Positions 19,579 to 30,900 of a DNA stretch of 62,900 nucleotides are shown here, in pieces. Within the stretch, counting starts at the first letter, position 1, and each line of letters starts with the position of its first letter. The DNA comes from a virus (Duplodnaviria; Caudoviricetes): positions 1 through 62,900 of the IMG/VR virus record IMGVR_UViG_3300042987_001364; one strand, given 5' to 3'. The notes beneath the pieces are model-generated. The model saw only the letters and a list, made by a program, of their open reading frames with translations, did not search any database and was not told the DNA's origin. The position numbers and the translations under genes were made by a program.

Positions 19579-20526
19579 ATGACTGACGTTATCGTTTTTC
19601 TTGCGCCTGTCCCCGCCGCATACACGACGTTTGCCGAGTATGTAGCGGTTGGGTATTGGGATGACGGTTATGTAGTTAGCTACGCGTGCCCCTACACAGT
19701 GTCGGGGGACACCAATGTCACGGCTACAGGCGTTTCGGCCACCGCAGCAGTAGGAACAGTATCAGTCAGCGCGGCGGCACTGGTCGCAGTGACGGGCGTA
19801 TCGGCAACGGGCGCTGTTGGAAATGTCGCGGTATCAGGGACGGCAAATGTAGCGGTAACGGGCGTCTCGGCTACTGCGGCAGTAGGAACAGTATCGGTTG
19901 AGGCCGATGCGGTTGTTGTAGCGACAGGAGTGTCCGCGACCGGGAATGTAGGATCGGTATCCGTAACCGGCACAGCGACTGTTTCTGTTTCGGGAGTGGC
20001 AGCAACCGCAACGGTAAATTCCGTAACGGTTTCGATCGGCATTTTAGTGCCCGTCACCGGAGTAAGCGCGACGGGGGCGGTCGGAATCGTCACGGTAACC
20101 GTCGACCAGATTGTTTATGTCACAGGCGTCAGTGCCACGGCGACAGTACATTCGGTCAATGTGTGGGGAGTGATCGATGATTCCCAAACACCGAACTGGG
20201 CGCCGATCACAACGCCATCGGGTATCTGGACACCGATTACAGACTCGCAGACCGCCGGATGGATTAGCATTTCAACTCCGGTTACAACATGGTTGTTGGT
20301 GGATGATTCTCAGAACCCCGGTTGGGCGCATATCACGACGCCTGCAACGGGGTGGGTGTCAATCGACGACAGTCAGACGGCAGGGTGGAGTCAAATTGCC
20401 ACGGGGTCGGGTACTTGGGCGACAATCGATGACACGCAAAGTCCTGCATGGAATACCGTGACGGATGCACAGGTGGCTGGATGGACTCCAGTCAGTGATG
20501 TACAAACACCGAATTGGCAGCAATAA
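19579..20526 (+). CDS. Repeat-containing tail-associated protein
   Basis: Tandem VTGVSATxxVGxVxV repeats followed by DSQTxxW repeats. Confidence 0.65.
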   Translation: MTDVIVFLAPVPAAYTTFAEYVAVGYWDDGYVVSYACPYTVSGDTNVTATGVSATAAVGTVSVSAAALVAVTGVSATGAVGNVAVSGTANVAVTGVSATAAVGTVSVEADAVVVATGVSATGNVGSVSVTGTATVSVSGVAATATVNSVTVSIGILVPVTGVSATGAVGIVTVTVDQIVYVTGVSATATVHSVNVWGVIDDSQTPNWAPITTPSGIWTPITDSQTAGWISISTPVTTWLLVDDSQNPGWAHITTPATGWVSIDDSQTAGWSQIATGSGTWATIDDTQSPAWNTVTDAQVAGWTPVSDVQTPNWQQ

Positions 20527-20535
20527 GGACGAAAT

Positions 20536-23001
20536 ATGGCTACTTCCTACACATCCCTCCTTGGTCTGGCCTTGCCCGTCACTGGCGAATTGGCCGGCAC
20601 GTGGGGCGACACGGTAAATAACTCCATCACCTCGCTGCTGGACACCGCGATTGCGGGCACCACGACGCTGTCTACTGATGCGGACGTCACTCTTAGCACC
20701 ACTACAGGCGCGTCTAATCAGGCGCGTCAGGCGATTTTGCTGTGCTCCGGCGCCCGGACAGCGCAACGGACTATCACGGCGCCGGCACAGTCCAAGATTT
20801 ATGCCGTGGTGAATAACACCACCGGCGGCTTCGCCGTGAAAATTGTGGGTGCAGGCCCTACGACTGGCGTGACAGTGGCTAACGGCAAGACGGCTATCGT
20901 AATTTGGAATGGTTCAGACTTCGTTGAAGTCGCTCCGGCTACAGCGACTACTGCCACCAACCTAGCAGGGGGTGCGGCTGGCTCCGTGCCCTATCAAACA
21001 GGCGCAGGGGTTACGACCTTCTTGAGCCTCGGCACCGCCGCTCAAGTTCTGCAAGTGAATGCCGGCGCGACGGCCCCAGAGTGGGTATCCAGCACAGGCA
21101 CAGGAAACGTGGTTCGCGCCACCAGCCCCACGATCGCAACGCCGACATTCACCACCTCGGCGACATTCCCGCTGCATATCGGCGGCACAGGCACGACTAG
21201 CACGCTGACGCTGCGCTCGACATCGGGCGTCGGTACCACGGGCGCGGACATTATTTTCCAGACCGGGAATAACGGCGCCACAGAAGCGATGCGAATCCTA
21301 AATAGCGGTAACGTGGGGATTGGAACCGCAGCGCCAAGCGCCATGCTTACAGTGGCTTCGTCGGCCCTGATTGATGGACTTACTGTTGGCACAGGTGGTC
21401 AGACTAACAGTACTGTAGTCGGTAACTCCGCGACCGTAACGAGTACGAATGCAGTGGCAATCGGGAATGCGGCGGCGGCAACAGCGGCAGGGGGCGTGGC
21501 TGTTGGGCAAAATTCAGCGGCTGGGAACGTCGGAGTTGCACTGGGCCGAGATACTTCAGCGTCGTCATCGTCAGTGGCCCTCGGCTACGGTGCTATAGCC
21601 TATACCAATTCTGTTGCGATTGGTCGAAATGCCACGTCTACTAACACTCAACAAGTGGTGTTCGGCAGCGATACGATTCCGCTGACCGCTTATTGGTTGG
21701 GGCAAGGCGTAAGTTCAGCAACGCCGTCCGCTGTAACAATCTTGCCGACCGCAGCTTCAGGCACAGACATCGCGGGCGTTAATCTCAATTTGTACGGCGG
21801 ATACAGCACCGGATCGGGTGCTGGCGGCGCAGTAGTATTTGGCACATCGGCCGCAGGTGCGGCAGGCACGACGTTGCGCACTGCAACTGAGCGCATGCGA
21901 ATCACGTCGGCAGGACGCGTAGGGATTGGCACCACCACACCCGCAACTGCGCTTGAGTTGAGCGGCACCACAAACACGACATTTATTGGCACCGCTTCGA
22001 TTACTGGCACGACCTTGGATGTGACATCGGTATCAAGCGGCACATTAGCAGTGGGCGATCGAATTTTCGGAGCCGGAATCGACTTCAATACCGTAGTCAC
22101 CGCGCTTGGTACAGGCACAGGCGGCACGGGCACTTATACGATAAACAATTCACAGACTGTCGCGAGCGGCACGGTGTCAGCATTCGCAGCAAGTGCCAAT
22201 GTCTTTCGAATTACAGATACCGATACATCATCGGCAGCGGTGCAGCCAATCGGTGCAATTGAATTCTATGGTTCGGATTCAGGCACGCCCGGTGCAGGGG
22301 TAAAAGGGTATCTGTCGCTCATCGCGGAAACGACAGCGCCCGACACAGCGATGATCTTCGGCACCTCCGATAACACGGCCAGCACGTTGGCGGTTGAGCG
22401 CATGCGGATCAACTCAACGGGCACGGTGTTCATCGGCAACGGCGAAACCATGTCTACGCCTACCAATGGTTTGCTGTCCGCAACTGGCGGCTTGGGAACC
22501 GATATTGCCGGCGCAACGCTGACGATTCGGGGTGGTCAACCAACGGGCTCAGGCGCCGGTGGCCCGATTGTGTTTTCGACGGCTGCGGCAGGTGCATCTG
22601 GTACCACGCTGCGCACCGCGACCGAGCGGATGCGGATTGATACTTCCGGGAACGTATTAGTGACCGGCGTAGGCGGCCTTGGCTACGGCACAGGCTCAGG
22701 CGGCGCAGTCACACAGGCGACATCGCGCACAACAGGCGTGACGTTGAATAAAACCAATGGCGCAATTACATTGGTAAGTGCGGCGGGGACTACTTCATAC
22801 CAGACTTTCACGGTTACGAACTCGACCGTGGCAGCGACTGATGTGGTGTTTGTATGCCAGAAATCGGGGACAGACAAATATATTTTGTCCGTGACCAATG
22901 TTGCCGCAGGAAGTTTTCAAATCACGTTTGCTACTACGGGCGGCACCACGACAGAGCAGCCAGTATTCAGTTTTGCGGTGGTTAAAGCGGTGACTGCTTA
23001 A
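20536..23001 (+). CDS. Tail fibre 2 (821 aa)
   Basis: GELAGTWG N-terminal anchor; ERMRI/GNVGIGT repeats; YadA-like VAIG repeats; C-terminus paralogous to fibre 1. Confidence 0.85.
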   Translation: MATSYTSLLGLALPVTGELAGTWGDTVNNSITSLLDTAIAGTTTLSTDADVTLSTTTGASNQARQAILLCSGARTAQRTITAPAQSKIYAVVNNTTGGFAVKIVGAGPTTGVTVANGKTAIVIWNGSDFVEVAPATATTATNLAGGAAGSVPYQTGAGVTTFLSLGTAAQVLQVNAGATAPEWVSSTGTGNVVRATSPTIATPTFTTSATFPLHIGGTGTTSTLTLRSTSGVGTTGADIIFQTGNNGATEAMRILNSGNVGIGTAAPSAMLTVASSALIDGLTVGTGGQTNSTVVGNSATVTSTNAVAIGNAAAATAAGGVAVGQNSAAGNVGVALGRDTSASSSSVALGYGAIAYTNSVAIGRNATSTNTQQVVFGSDTIPLTAYWLGQGVSSATPSAVTILPTAASGTDIAGVNLNLYGGYSTGSGAGGAVVFGTSAAGAAGTTLRTATERMRITSAGRVGIGTTTPATALELSGTTNTTFIGTASITGTTLDVTSVSSGTLAVGDRIFGAGIDFNTVVTALGTGTGGTGTYTINNSQTVASGTVSAFAASANVFRITDTDTSSAAVQPIGAIEFYGSDSGTPGAGVKGYLSLIAETTAPDTAMIFGTSDNTASTLAVERMRINSTGTVFIGNGETMSTPTNGLLSATGGLGTDIAGATLTIRGGQPTGSGAGGPIVFSTAAAGASGTTLRTATERMRIDTSGNVLVTGVGGLGYGTGSGGAVTQATSRTTGVTLNKTNGAITLVSAAGTTSYQTFTVTNSTVAATDVVFVCQKSGTDKYILSVTNVAAGSFQITFATTGGTTTEQPVFSFAVVKAVTA

Positions 23002-23011
23002 GGAGATTGAT

Positions 23012-23194
23012 ATGAACCCGGTACTGATTCAGGCATTGGTCAGGCACATCCTCACCGCAATCGCGGGCGGGTTTGCTGTGAAATATGGTATCGATGGCGC
23101 TACCATGGACGCCCTCGTTGGTGGCGCGGCTGCCGCTGCTGGCGTCGGTTGGTCGATTTATGATAAGAAACGTGCAAGTCAAACTGTGGAGTAA
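23012..23194 (+). CDS. Putative holin
   Basis: 60 aa, two hydrophobic segments, basic C-terminus, upstream of the endolysin. Confidence 0.6.
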   Translation: MNPVLIQALVRHILTAIAGGFAVKYGIDGATMDALVGGAAAAAGVGWSIYDKKRASQTVE

Positions 23195-23197
23195 TTC

Positions 23198-23353
23198 ATG
23201 ATTAAGCTGGAACTGTCGTTGGAAGAAACCCAAATTGTTTTGGTCGGTGTATCGAAGTTGCCGTATGAAGCGGTAGCTGGGCTGATTGACAAGATCAAGG
23301 CGCAAGCGCAACCTCAAGTGCAACCTGCGGCGGAACAGCCACAGGCGGAGTAA
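23198..23353 (+). CDS. Small protein, possible fibre chaperone (51 aa, not in the ORF track)
   Basis: MIKLELSLEETQIVLVGVSKLPYEAVAGLIDKIKAQAQPQV; SD ggag. Confidence 0.65.
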   Translation: MIKLELSLEETQIVLVGVSKLPYEAVAGLIDKIKAQAQPQVQPAAEQPQAE

Positions 23354-23446
23354 GCGGTAGAATAGCGATGGGCAGTCCGGCCTGCCCATCGTCTTGCAGT
23401 CAGCCGTGCCAGTGGGACTAAACCTTCTACGATCACGGACTGACCA

Positions 23447-23959
23447 GTGAAAGAAAACTTCGACAAGGCGTTTGCCAAGCTCATCCGGCATGAAGGGACT
23501 TACTCAAACCATCCGCAAGATAAAGGGGGCGTCACAATGTACGGCGTCACCAAACGCGTGTGGGAAGAGTGGGTCGGCCATGCGGTAGACGAGCGGACCA
23601 TGCGGGGGCTCACCCCGGAGATGGTGAAACCGCTCTACAAACGCAAATACTGGGACAAAATCTGCGGTGATGATCTGCCTGCCGGGGTGGATTATTGCGT
23701 CTTCGATGCGGCGGTAAATAGTGGACCGGGCCGCGCGATCAAATGGCTTCAACAATCTCTCGGTGTCACGCAGGATGGGGCGTTGGGCCCTAAAACGCTG
23801 GCTGCCGCAAAAGCGGCCGACCCACAGCTTCTGGTTGTGGGCTATAACGCCGTCCGCCTAGCGTTCTTGCAAGACCTGCCTACGTGGGACACCTTCGGGC
23901 GAGGGTGGGGCCGTCGGGTGGCCGAGGTTAAACATGACGCCACCGACATGACTGCATAA
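23447..23959 (+). CDS. Endolysin, glycoside hydrolase family 108 with peptidoglycan-binding domain
   Basis: HEGTYSNHPQDKGGVTMYGVT catalytic motif; FDAAVNSG; FGRGWGRR. Confidence 0.9.
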   Translation: MKENFDKAFAKLIRHEGTYSNHPQDKGGVTMYGVTKRVWEEWVGHAVDERTMRGLTPEMVKPLYKRKYWDKICGDDLPAGVDYCVFDAAVNSGPGRAIKWLQQSLGVTQDGALGPKTLAAAKAADPQLLVVGYNAVRLAFLQDLPTWDTFGRGWGRRVAEVKHDATDMTA

Positions 23960-23968
23960 GGGGGCAAC

Positions 23969-24733
23969 GTGCCGGCAAAAAACATGCAAAACTTCCAAAC
24001 CAAAGAGCAAAATTGTTTTGTTTATTGCTGGACGGATAAAGAAAGTGACAAGCTATACGTCGGCTTCCACAAGGGGAGCGTAGATGATGGTTACATTTGC
24101 TCATCAAAGCATGTTAAAGCGCAGTATAAAATTCGACCTCAAGATTTTTCACGACAAATTATTGCTATCGGATCATATGACGATTGTCGGAAATTTGAGT
24201 CATTATTAATCCGTAAAATGTTAGATGAGGGAATAGCGTGTTACAACCTCAACGTGAATGGCGCTGTTGTCTACACCCAAGAAGTGCGCCAAAAAATCAG
24301 CGCAGCAAACAAAGGCAAAAAACTTTCTGCCGAACATTTGGCGGCATTAAGACGCTGGAGTGCAGAAAGCCGCCAGCCAACGTCCCAAGAAACCAAAGAA
24401 AAAATTAGGCAATCAAAACTTGGCGTTAAAAGGGCGCCGTTTTCTGAAGAGTGGAAACGGAAAATCGCCGAAGCATCCTCGAAATGGAAGCGACCTCCAG
24501 AGTTCGGCCAAGCGGTTACGGCGCGACAGACCGGGTCAAAACGCGGGCCGTACCCCGAAGAGGCAAAACAAAAACTGCGGGAAATTATGACCGGACGCAA
24601 GCACAGCGCAGAAACCATTGCCAAGCTGAAAGAGATTAAAGGCAATGTAAGTCAAGAAACGCGCGACCGGTTGAGCGCGGCTAAAAAAGCATATTGGGAC
24701 AAAAAAAGGGCGGAGAAAACAAATGGCTCTTAA
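23969..24733 (+). CDS. GIY-YIG (Seg-like) homing endonuclease with NUMOD3-like repeats
   Basis: FVYCWTD...LYVGFHKG...YICSS; YNL; KGKKLSAEH, SQETKEKI and GRKHSAET repeats. Confidence 0.85.
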   Translation: MPAKNMQNFQTKEQNCFVYCWTDKESDKLYVGFHKGSVDDGYICSSKHVKAQYKIRPQDFSRQIIAIGSYDDCRKFESLLIRKMLDEGIACYNLNVNGAVVYTQEVRQKISAANKGKKLSAEHLAALRRWSAESRQPTSQETKEKIRQSKLGVKRAPFSEEWKRKIAEASSKWKRPPEFGQAVTARQTGSKRGPYPEEAKQKLREIMTGRKHSAETIAKLKEIKGNVSQETRDRLSAAKKAYWDKKRAEKTNGS

Positions 24734-26597
24734 GAAGTTACAGTTGCGACCGGGCATGTGGAGAGAAGGAACGCGATATACGGCGGAGGGCGGCTGGTAT
24801 GACGGAGATAAAATCCGGTTTCGCCAAGGTACGCCCGAAAAGATCGGTGGGTGGGAGCGTATTTCCGCCAACACCTATTTAGGGGTGTGCCGGAGCCTGT
24901 GGAATTGGGTCACGCTCGCTAATTTGAACCTGATGGGCGTCGGCACTAATCTCAAGTTTTATATCGAGTCGGGCGGGGCGTATTACGACATCACGCCGAT
25001 CCGGGCCACAGTTACGCTGAATAATCCTTTCACGGCCACACTGAATTCATCGGTAATTACCGTCGCGCACACGGCGCATGGCTGTTCCACAGGAGACTTT
25101 GTGACCTTCAGTAGCGCAGTCGGGCTAGGGGGGAACATCAGTGCATCAGTGCTGAATCAGGAATATCAAGTTACCGTAATCAACAGTAACAGCTACACGA
25201 TTACCGTAGCGGCTACGGCTAATGCCACAGACGTGGCGGGGTCGCCCGGCGGCGGGGCGTCCGTGTCGGCAGCGTATCAGATTCCAACAGGCCCAGCTTT
25301 TACAGTACCACTAACCGGCTGGGGCGCGGGAACATGGGGCAGTGGTTCGTGGGGCATCACGGCGTCCGCGTTGCCAGACAGCTTGCGTGTGTGGAGCCAA
25401 AACAATTTTGGCGAGGACCTGATCTTCAATCCGCGCGGTGGTGGCATCTACTATTGGGACGCATCGGCAGGTCTTACAACCCGAGGCGTCGCGCTGTCTT
25501 CCTTATCCGGGGCGTCTAACGTACCCACGCAAGCCAACTTTGTGTTTGTGTCAGACACGAGCCGGTTTGTATTCGCTTTCGGAACGACAGATTATTTGTC
25601 ATCGACTTATGATCCGATGCTGATTCGTTGGTCAGATCAGGAAAGCGCGGTGAATTGGACGCCTGCTGCCACGAACCAAGCAGGTAGTGTGCGGTTGTCG
25701 CATGGGTCAGAGATTGTGACGTGCCTGCAAACTCGTCAGGAAATTCTCGTCTGGACTGATTCGGCGCTCTACGCGTTGCAGTACCTAGGCGCACCCGAAG
25801 TCTGGGGGACACAGCTTCTGGGCGACAACCTATCCTTGGCCGGACAAAACGCCCGAGCAATCGGCAGCGGCGTAGTGTATTGGATGGGCATCGACAAGTT
25901 TTACAAATACGACGGCCGGGTCGACACTTTACGTTGCGATTTGAAGCAGTTCGTATTCAGCGATTTCAACGCGGCGCAGCGCGGCCAAGTCTTTGCCAGT
26001 ACAAACGAAGGCTTCAACGAAGTCTGGTGGTTTTATTGCAGCGCCAACTCTACGACAATCGACCGGTACGTGGTGTACAACTACCTCGAAGATGTCTGGT
26101 ACTACGGCACCATGGCGCGCACAGCTTGGATCGACAGCGGGTTGCGCACTTACCCAGTTGCAGCGACATACCTGAACAACTTGGTGAATCACGAAACTGG
26201 AGTGGATGACAATTCCACTGGCGTGCCCGCGCCCATCAACGCCTACATTACCTCGTCGGAATTCGACATCGACGACGGGCATAACTTTGCGTTCATCTAC
26301 CGCATGCTGCCGGACGTGACATTCCGAGGATCGACGGCCGTGAGTCCAAGCGCAACCATGTATCTGTTGCCTCTCGCCAACTCGGGCTCGGGCTATAACA
26401 ACCCCGCGTCAGTCGGGGGTAGTAACTCTGCGGCAGTAACGCGTACGGCAACAGTGCCTATTGAACAATTCACCGGCCAAGTATTTACGCGGGTACGTGG
26501 CAGGCAGATGTCGATCAAGATGGAGAGCACTGGGCTGGGTGTGCAATGGCAGTTGGGTGCCCCGCGAATCGACCTCAGACCTGACGGCAGGCGGTAA
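24723..26597 (+). CDS. Tail nozzle/head-closure protein (P22 gp10-like)
   Basis: 624 aa beta-propeller-like; IRWSDQE, YWMG and EVWWFY; position before the ejection proteins. Confidence 0.7.
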   Translation: MALKKLQLRPGMWREGTRYTAEGGWYDGDKIRFRQGTPEKIGGWERISANTYLGVCRSLWNWVTLANLNLMGVGTNLKFYIESGGAYYDITPIRATVTLNNPFTATLNSSVITVAHTAHGCSTGDFVTFSSAVGLGGNISASVLNQEYQVTVINSNSYTITVAATANATDVAGSPGGGASVSAAYQIPTGPAFTVPLTGWGAGTWGSGSWGITASALPDSLRVWSQNNFGEDLIFNPRGGGIYYWDASAGLTTRGVALSSLSGASNVPTQANFVFVSDTSRFVFAFGTTDYLSSTYDPMLIRWSDQESAVNWTPAATNQAGSVRLSHGSEIVTCLQTRQEILVWTDSALYALQYLGAPEVWGTQLLGDNLSLAGQNARAIGSGVVYWMGIDKFYKYDGRVDTLRCDLKQFVFSDFNAAQRGQVFASTNEGFNEVWWFYCSANSTTIDRYVVYNYLEDVWYYGTMARTAWIDSGLRTYPVAATYLNNLVNHETGVDDNSTGVPAPINAYITSSEFDIDDGHNFAFIYRMLPDVTFRGSTAVSPSATMYLLPLANSGSGYNNPASVGGSNSAAVTRTATVPIEQFTGQVFTRVRGRQMSIKMESTGLGVQWQLGAPRIDLRPDGRR

Positions 26598-26599
26598 AC

Positions 26600-27949
26600 A
26601 TGGCTCTCGTAGATGCACGCATGCCCGCTGTGCCGAGCCTGCCACTAGGTCCGGTGCAATACGACAAAAAGTTCATGGATCAGTTCGCAAACGTCTTGCG
26701 GCTGTATTTCAATCAACTCAACTACGTGGTGGATCAGCTCGTGGCAAACCAAGGCCCTTATGAAGTTGGCTTCTACGGCGGAGCCATTGATGCGTTCGGA
26801 CGCGCTCGTTTTAGCGAGCCGTATACATTATTCGATAGCCAGAATCGGTTTGCGGCCGATGACCAGTTCGACACCTCTACGGCTACAGGCGGCAGCACAA
26901 CGTATCAAGCCAATGAGAGCACGGTCGATCTCAATGTGACGACAAGCTCCGGTAGTGAAGTGGTGCGACAGACCTATCGTTCCATGCCATATCAGCCGGG
27001 TAAGAGCCTGCAAGTCATGGCGACATTTGTGATGAACGCCGGAAAAGAAAACCTTCGGCAACGCGTAGGCTATTTCAACACCGAAAACGGCGTGTTCTTC
27101 CAGCAGAACGGAACAACGAAATCCTTCGTGCTGCGCACTTACACCAGCGGCACCGCCAGCGACACACGAACCGTAAATCAGGCAGACTGGAACGGTGACA
27201 AGTTGGATGGAACCGGCGATAGCGGCTATACGCTCGACATTACGAAAGCGCAAATTTTCTTTGCCGACTTCGAGTGGCTGGGCGTAGGCAGTGTGCGGTG
27301 TGGCTTTGTCATCAACGGGCGATTCGTTATCTGCCACACATTCAACAACGCGAACGACATCAATAAGGTGTACATGACCACGGCTATTCTGCCGGTCAGG
27401 TATGAGATTACAAATACAGGCGTGACTGCATCTTCATCGACCATGAAGCAGATTTGCTCGACGGTCGTGTCAGAAGGCGGCTACCAGCAGCAAGTCAAAC
27501 AGCAGATTGCCCGGCGCACGACGGCCTTGGCAACAATTGGCACTACGCTCCTACCGCTGGTATCTATTCGGCTCAAAAGCACAAGGCTCGGGGCGATTGT
27601 GCTACCTCAACTGATGTCAGTGTTCCCAACAAGTGCAGGCAACTACGAAATTCAGTTGGTCAAAAACACGACCCTCACTGGCGCATCGTGGGTGACAAGT
27701 GGCTTCAATAATGTGGAATACGACATCACAGCAACAGCCATGAGTGGTGGCACTACGGTGCAGGTCGAATACTCCTCAGCGACAAACCAATCAGGTGGTT
27801 CCTCCACAGGAGATACAGGGTACAACTTTGATTTGCAACTAGGTGCCAGCCTTGCCGGGGTAAGCGACATCTACACAATCGGCGTGCGCGTATTGTCGGG
27901 CACGGGAGACGCCATTGGCGGACTTGCATTTATTGATTTGACGGATTGA
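26600..27949 (+). CDS. Tail tip/spike-associated protein
   Basis: N-terminal LRLYFNQL helix, then a DAFGR...YQPGK...EWLGVG beta domain. Confidence 0.55.
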   Translation: MALVDARMPAVPSLPLGPVQYDKKFMDQFANVLRLYFNQLNYVVDQLVANQGPYEVGFYGGAIDAFGRARFSEPYTLFDSQNRFAADDQFDTSTATGGSTTYQANESTVDLNVTTSSGSEVVRQTYRSMPYQPGKSLQVMATFVMNAGKENLRQRVGYFNTENGVFFQQNGTTKSFVLRTYTSGTASDTRTVNQADWNGDKLDGTGDSGYTLDITKAQIFFADFEWLGVGSVRCGFVINGRFVICHTFNNANDINKVYMTTAILPVRYEITNTGVTASSSTMKQICSTVVSEGGYQQQVKQQIARRTTALATIGTTLLPLVSIRLKSTRLGAIVLPQLMSVFPTSAGNYEIQLVKNTTLTGASWVTSGFNNVEYDITATAMSGGTTVQVEYSSATNQSGGSSTGDTGYNFDLQLGASLAGVSDIYTIGVRVLSGTGDAIGGLAFIDLTD

Positions 27950-27951
27950 TT

Positions 27952-30900
27952 ATGTCTGAGTGGTGGGAGCAACTTACCGGTGAATCGGGCGGCCCAAGCC
28001 AAGCGCAACTGAACCTGGCGGGTTGGGAATGGACGGGCGGAGAAGGAGGTAGTTGGAGACCTCCTCCGGGTTGGGTGAGCGACGACAACGCCCTTATGGG
28101 GTATCGTCCGCCCACACCTGAACCCCCGCCTCCACCCCCTCCGCCGCCTCCGCCGCCGCGTCAACAGATCATTATTGACTCAAGCGCGGCTAAGAACGCG
28201 TCTGAATACTGGTCACGCTGGTCCAAGGATGACCTTTATAACAGAAGCGCGGTACAGCTACAATATAACGGCGTTCCCGCTATTTTTGTACCTGAATCAT
28301 ATGTCCAAAAAGGTGCTTTGGTAGGCGATATTCAGTTCTACAACAAAGCCTTTTTGAACAAAGATAATTGGCAGTATTTGAAGCCAGTTCAATTGGAATC
28401 TGATGTGGTTCCAGAAAGCGATCCGGGTCGAAAGTTTCGGTATGATTACCTAGACAACCCCAACACGGGGTATTTAATCGAAAAGGATGTTTGGAAAAAC
28501 ATATTTAGCCCGAATCAAGTATACGCTCGCAAAAGCACCTTCAGCGTAAAAGGCAACTCCAAGGATTCGGTTCCCATACAAGGCATGGCCGAAATCGATG
28601 GCAAGCTTCAGTATTACGGTTTGCGCGGCGGAGAGAGCGCCGGAGAACTTACTACTTACGCAGATACATATCAGTCAAAAGGATGGAAGTCAGGTAGCAG
28701 CGGCTTTTTCCCAAGATTATTCAGTAACCCAGTCACACAGATTATTGGCGCTATTGTTGGCGGGGTTCCGTTCGTTGTTGGCTCGGCTATCGGCCGTTCG
28801 GCAGTGACCGGAAACTGGGGGCAGGCCGCACTATCGATTGCGCTGGCAAATATCCCCGGTGCGGACGGAGCGTCAGCGGTTGAAGGCACCATTTTCGAAA
28901 TTCCAGCAGTTGCCTCGTCCGTGAAAACGGTATCCGAGGTATTGGGCGTTTCCGCTGCAACGGCCGGTGCAATCGTAGGCGGAACTTTCACGTCGTTAGC
29001 ATCGGGCGGTGATATTAAAGATGTGCTGAAGACCGTCGCAGCGAATGTGGCGGGGCTCAATGTTGGTGAATACGTAGGGCAGTTAGTCGAAACAGCGGGA
29101 TTTAAGGGATTGCAACAGATTGCAACGGCGGTATCCAAAGAGGGTACTCGTGCCATGCTGTTGAATCAGGATATTCCAGCAGCTACTAAAAACGCGTTTA
29201 TCAACACGGCGGTTCCGCTTGCTCTGCAATCAGCACCGGGCTGGAAAAATCTAAGCGCAACGCAGCAGAAGGCCATTACGAGTGCCGCACTGGGAGCGGC
29301 ACAAGGCGGTAAGTTGGACGTTGGACAAACGATTAAGAACTTTGCGACTGAAGTATTCGCTGAATCGGCGCTGGAAACGCTCGGCAAGTCGATGAAGCTG
29401 TCAGCGTCGCAACGTCAGTTTGCGAAGGACTTGATCGTAGGCGGCATCCAAGGCAAACCATTGGATTCAGTGCTGCAAAAATCACTGCTCAACCAAGCCA
29501 AGGCAGGTATTCAGCTTCAGGTCAATGATGCCAACGCGCAAAAAGCAGGGTGGGCAGACTACGCGCAACAACAGGCGGCGCAGAGTCAGTACGGGCCCAA
29601 GATTACGGCAGCGGATTACCAAGCCCGGCAACAGGGTTGGGAGGACTTAGCCGATAAACGAGCCGCGATCAAAGCTTACGGCGACACCATCACGCCTGTT
29701 GGCGCCAAAGAACGCGAACAGGTCAAAAGCATTGATCCAAAGTTTGATGCCGAAGCCTATGCCAAGCTGAATGACGTGGCGGGCGACCCGTTTGCTCACT
29801 TTTTGGAGCAAGGCGTCAAGGCAAAGTTGCCTACAAACTACGCGGCTGGTGCGGATGAGGCACTAAAATCCGTTGGGTATTCGGCGTCGGGTAAAGAAGT
29901 AAATGAAGTTGCCAAAGGATTAAAAGATTCGGCAAACCCAGACGTGTTTCTGGCGCAGTGGTACGACCAGAAAACCGTAACTCAAAGCGAACTCGCACGG
30001 CTAGAGCAAGAAACCGGGATAACGCTGACGGATGCCCAAAGACAGAAACTCATCGGTCAAAATGACCAAGCTAAAGTCACAGCAGACTTGCAAAAACTTG
30101 GTGAGGTATCAAAGAAAGATCAACAAACGAAGCTCGTCCGAGAGCAAACGCTTACGGATAGTCTGATTAAAAAATTCACGGATCGCGGCGAGACACCAGA
30201 AGTAGCGCAGAGACGGGCGCAGGAGTATTTGTCGCAACTTCGGTCAGTTGAGAAACAACTGGCAGATGAAAAGACGCTGTATGCCAATCAAGTTGGTGCT
30301 AAATACGGTAGAAACTCGCCAGAGTTTATAGCCGCCATGCGCGACGTGTTGGAATACAAAGCCAAGGTCGGTGGATTTGGCGTTACAAAGGATGAGTCCG
30401 GTGCGTTTGTCACAACGACTGGCGCCAAGATTGATCCAGAAACGCTGAAATCAATTTCAGAGGTGTCAACATCTGGATTGTTGGCAGATGCCAAGAATGC
30501 GCTGTCCGGGCTGTTCCCACGAACAATCGGCACTATCCCGTCGGCAGCAGACATTACCAAAGAAGCGAAGGCGCTAGGCATTACTCTGACCAAAGATCAG
30601 ATCAATAGCATCGCGGGCAGGTACTCAGAACAGTCATTAACGGACCGTATCAAGGGCATCGCGGAAAGCGCGTTGGGAGCGATCATTCCGTCGGCAGAAG
30701 CTGCTGGGATAGCGCCGGTGGCTAGGGAAACTATCCGTCAAGAATATAACTCGCAAAAAGTAAGAGAATTTTTGACCGATTCTCAGGTGATGGCAAACAG
30801 AACGAATCCGAATGGGTTCTCCGGCTATGTAAATGCGTCGGGCCGAAAGTTGACCAATGCGGAGGCATATAACCTCGTCGGAAAAGAGCCGTTATATGGC

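Noticed and set aside
19258-23001. Duplicated fibre C-termini as a DGR template/variable repeat pair
   Set aside because: Differences involve all bases and are mostly synonymous, both copies are coding, and no reverse transcriptase is present.
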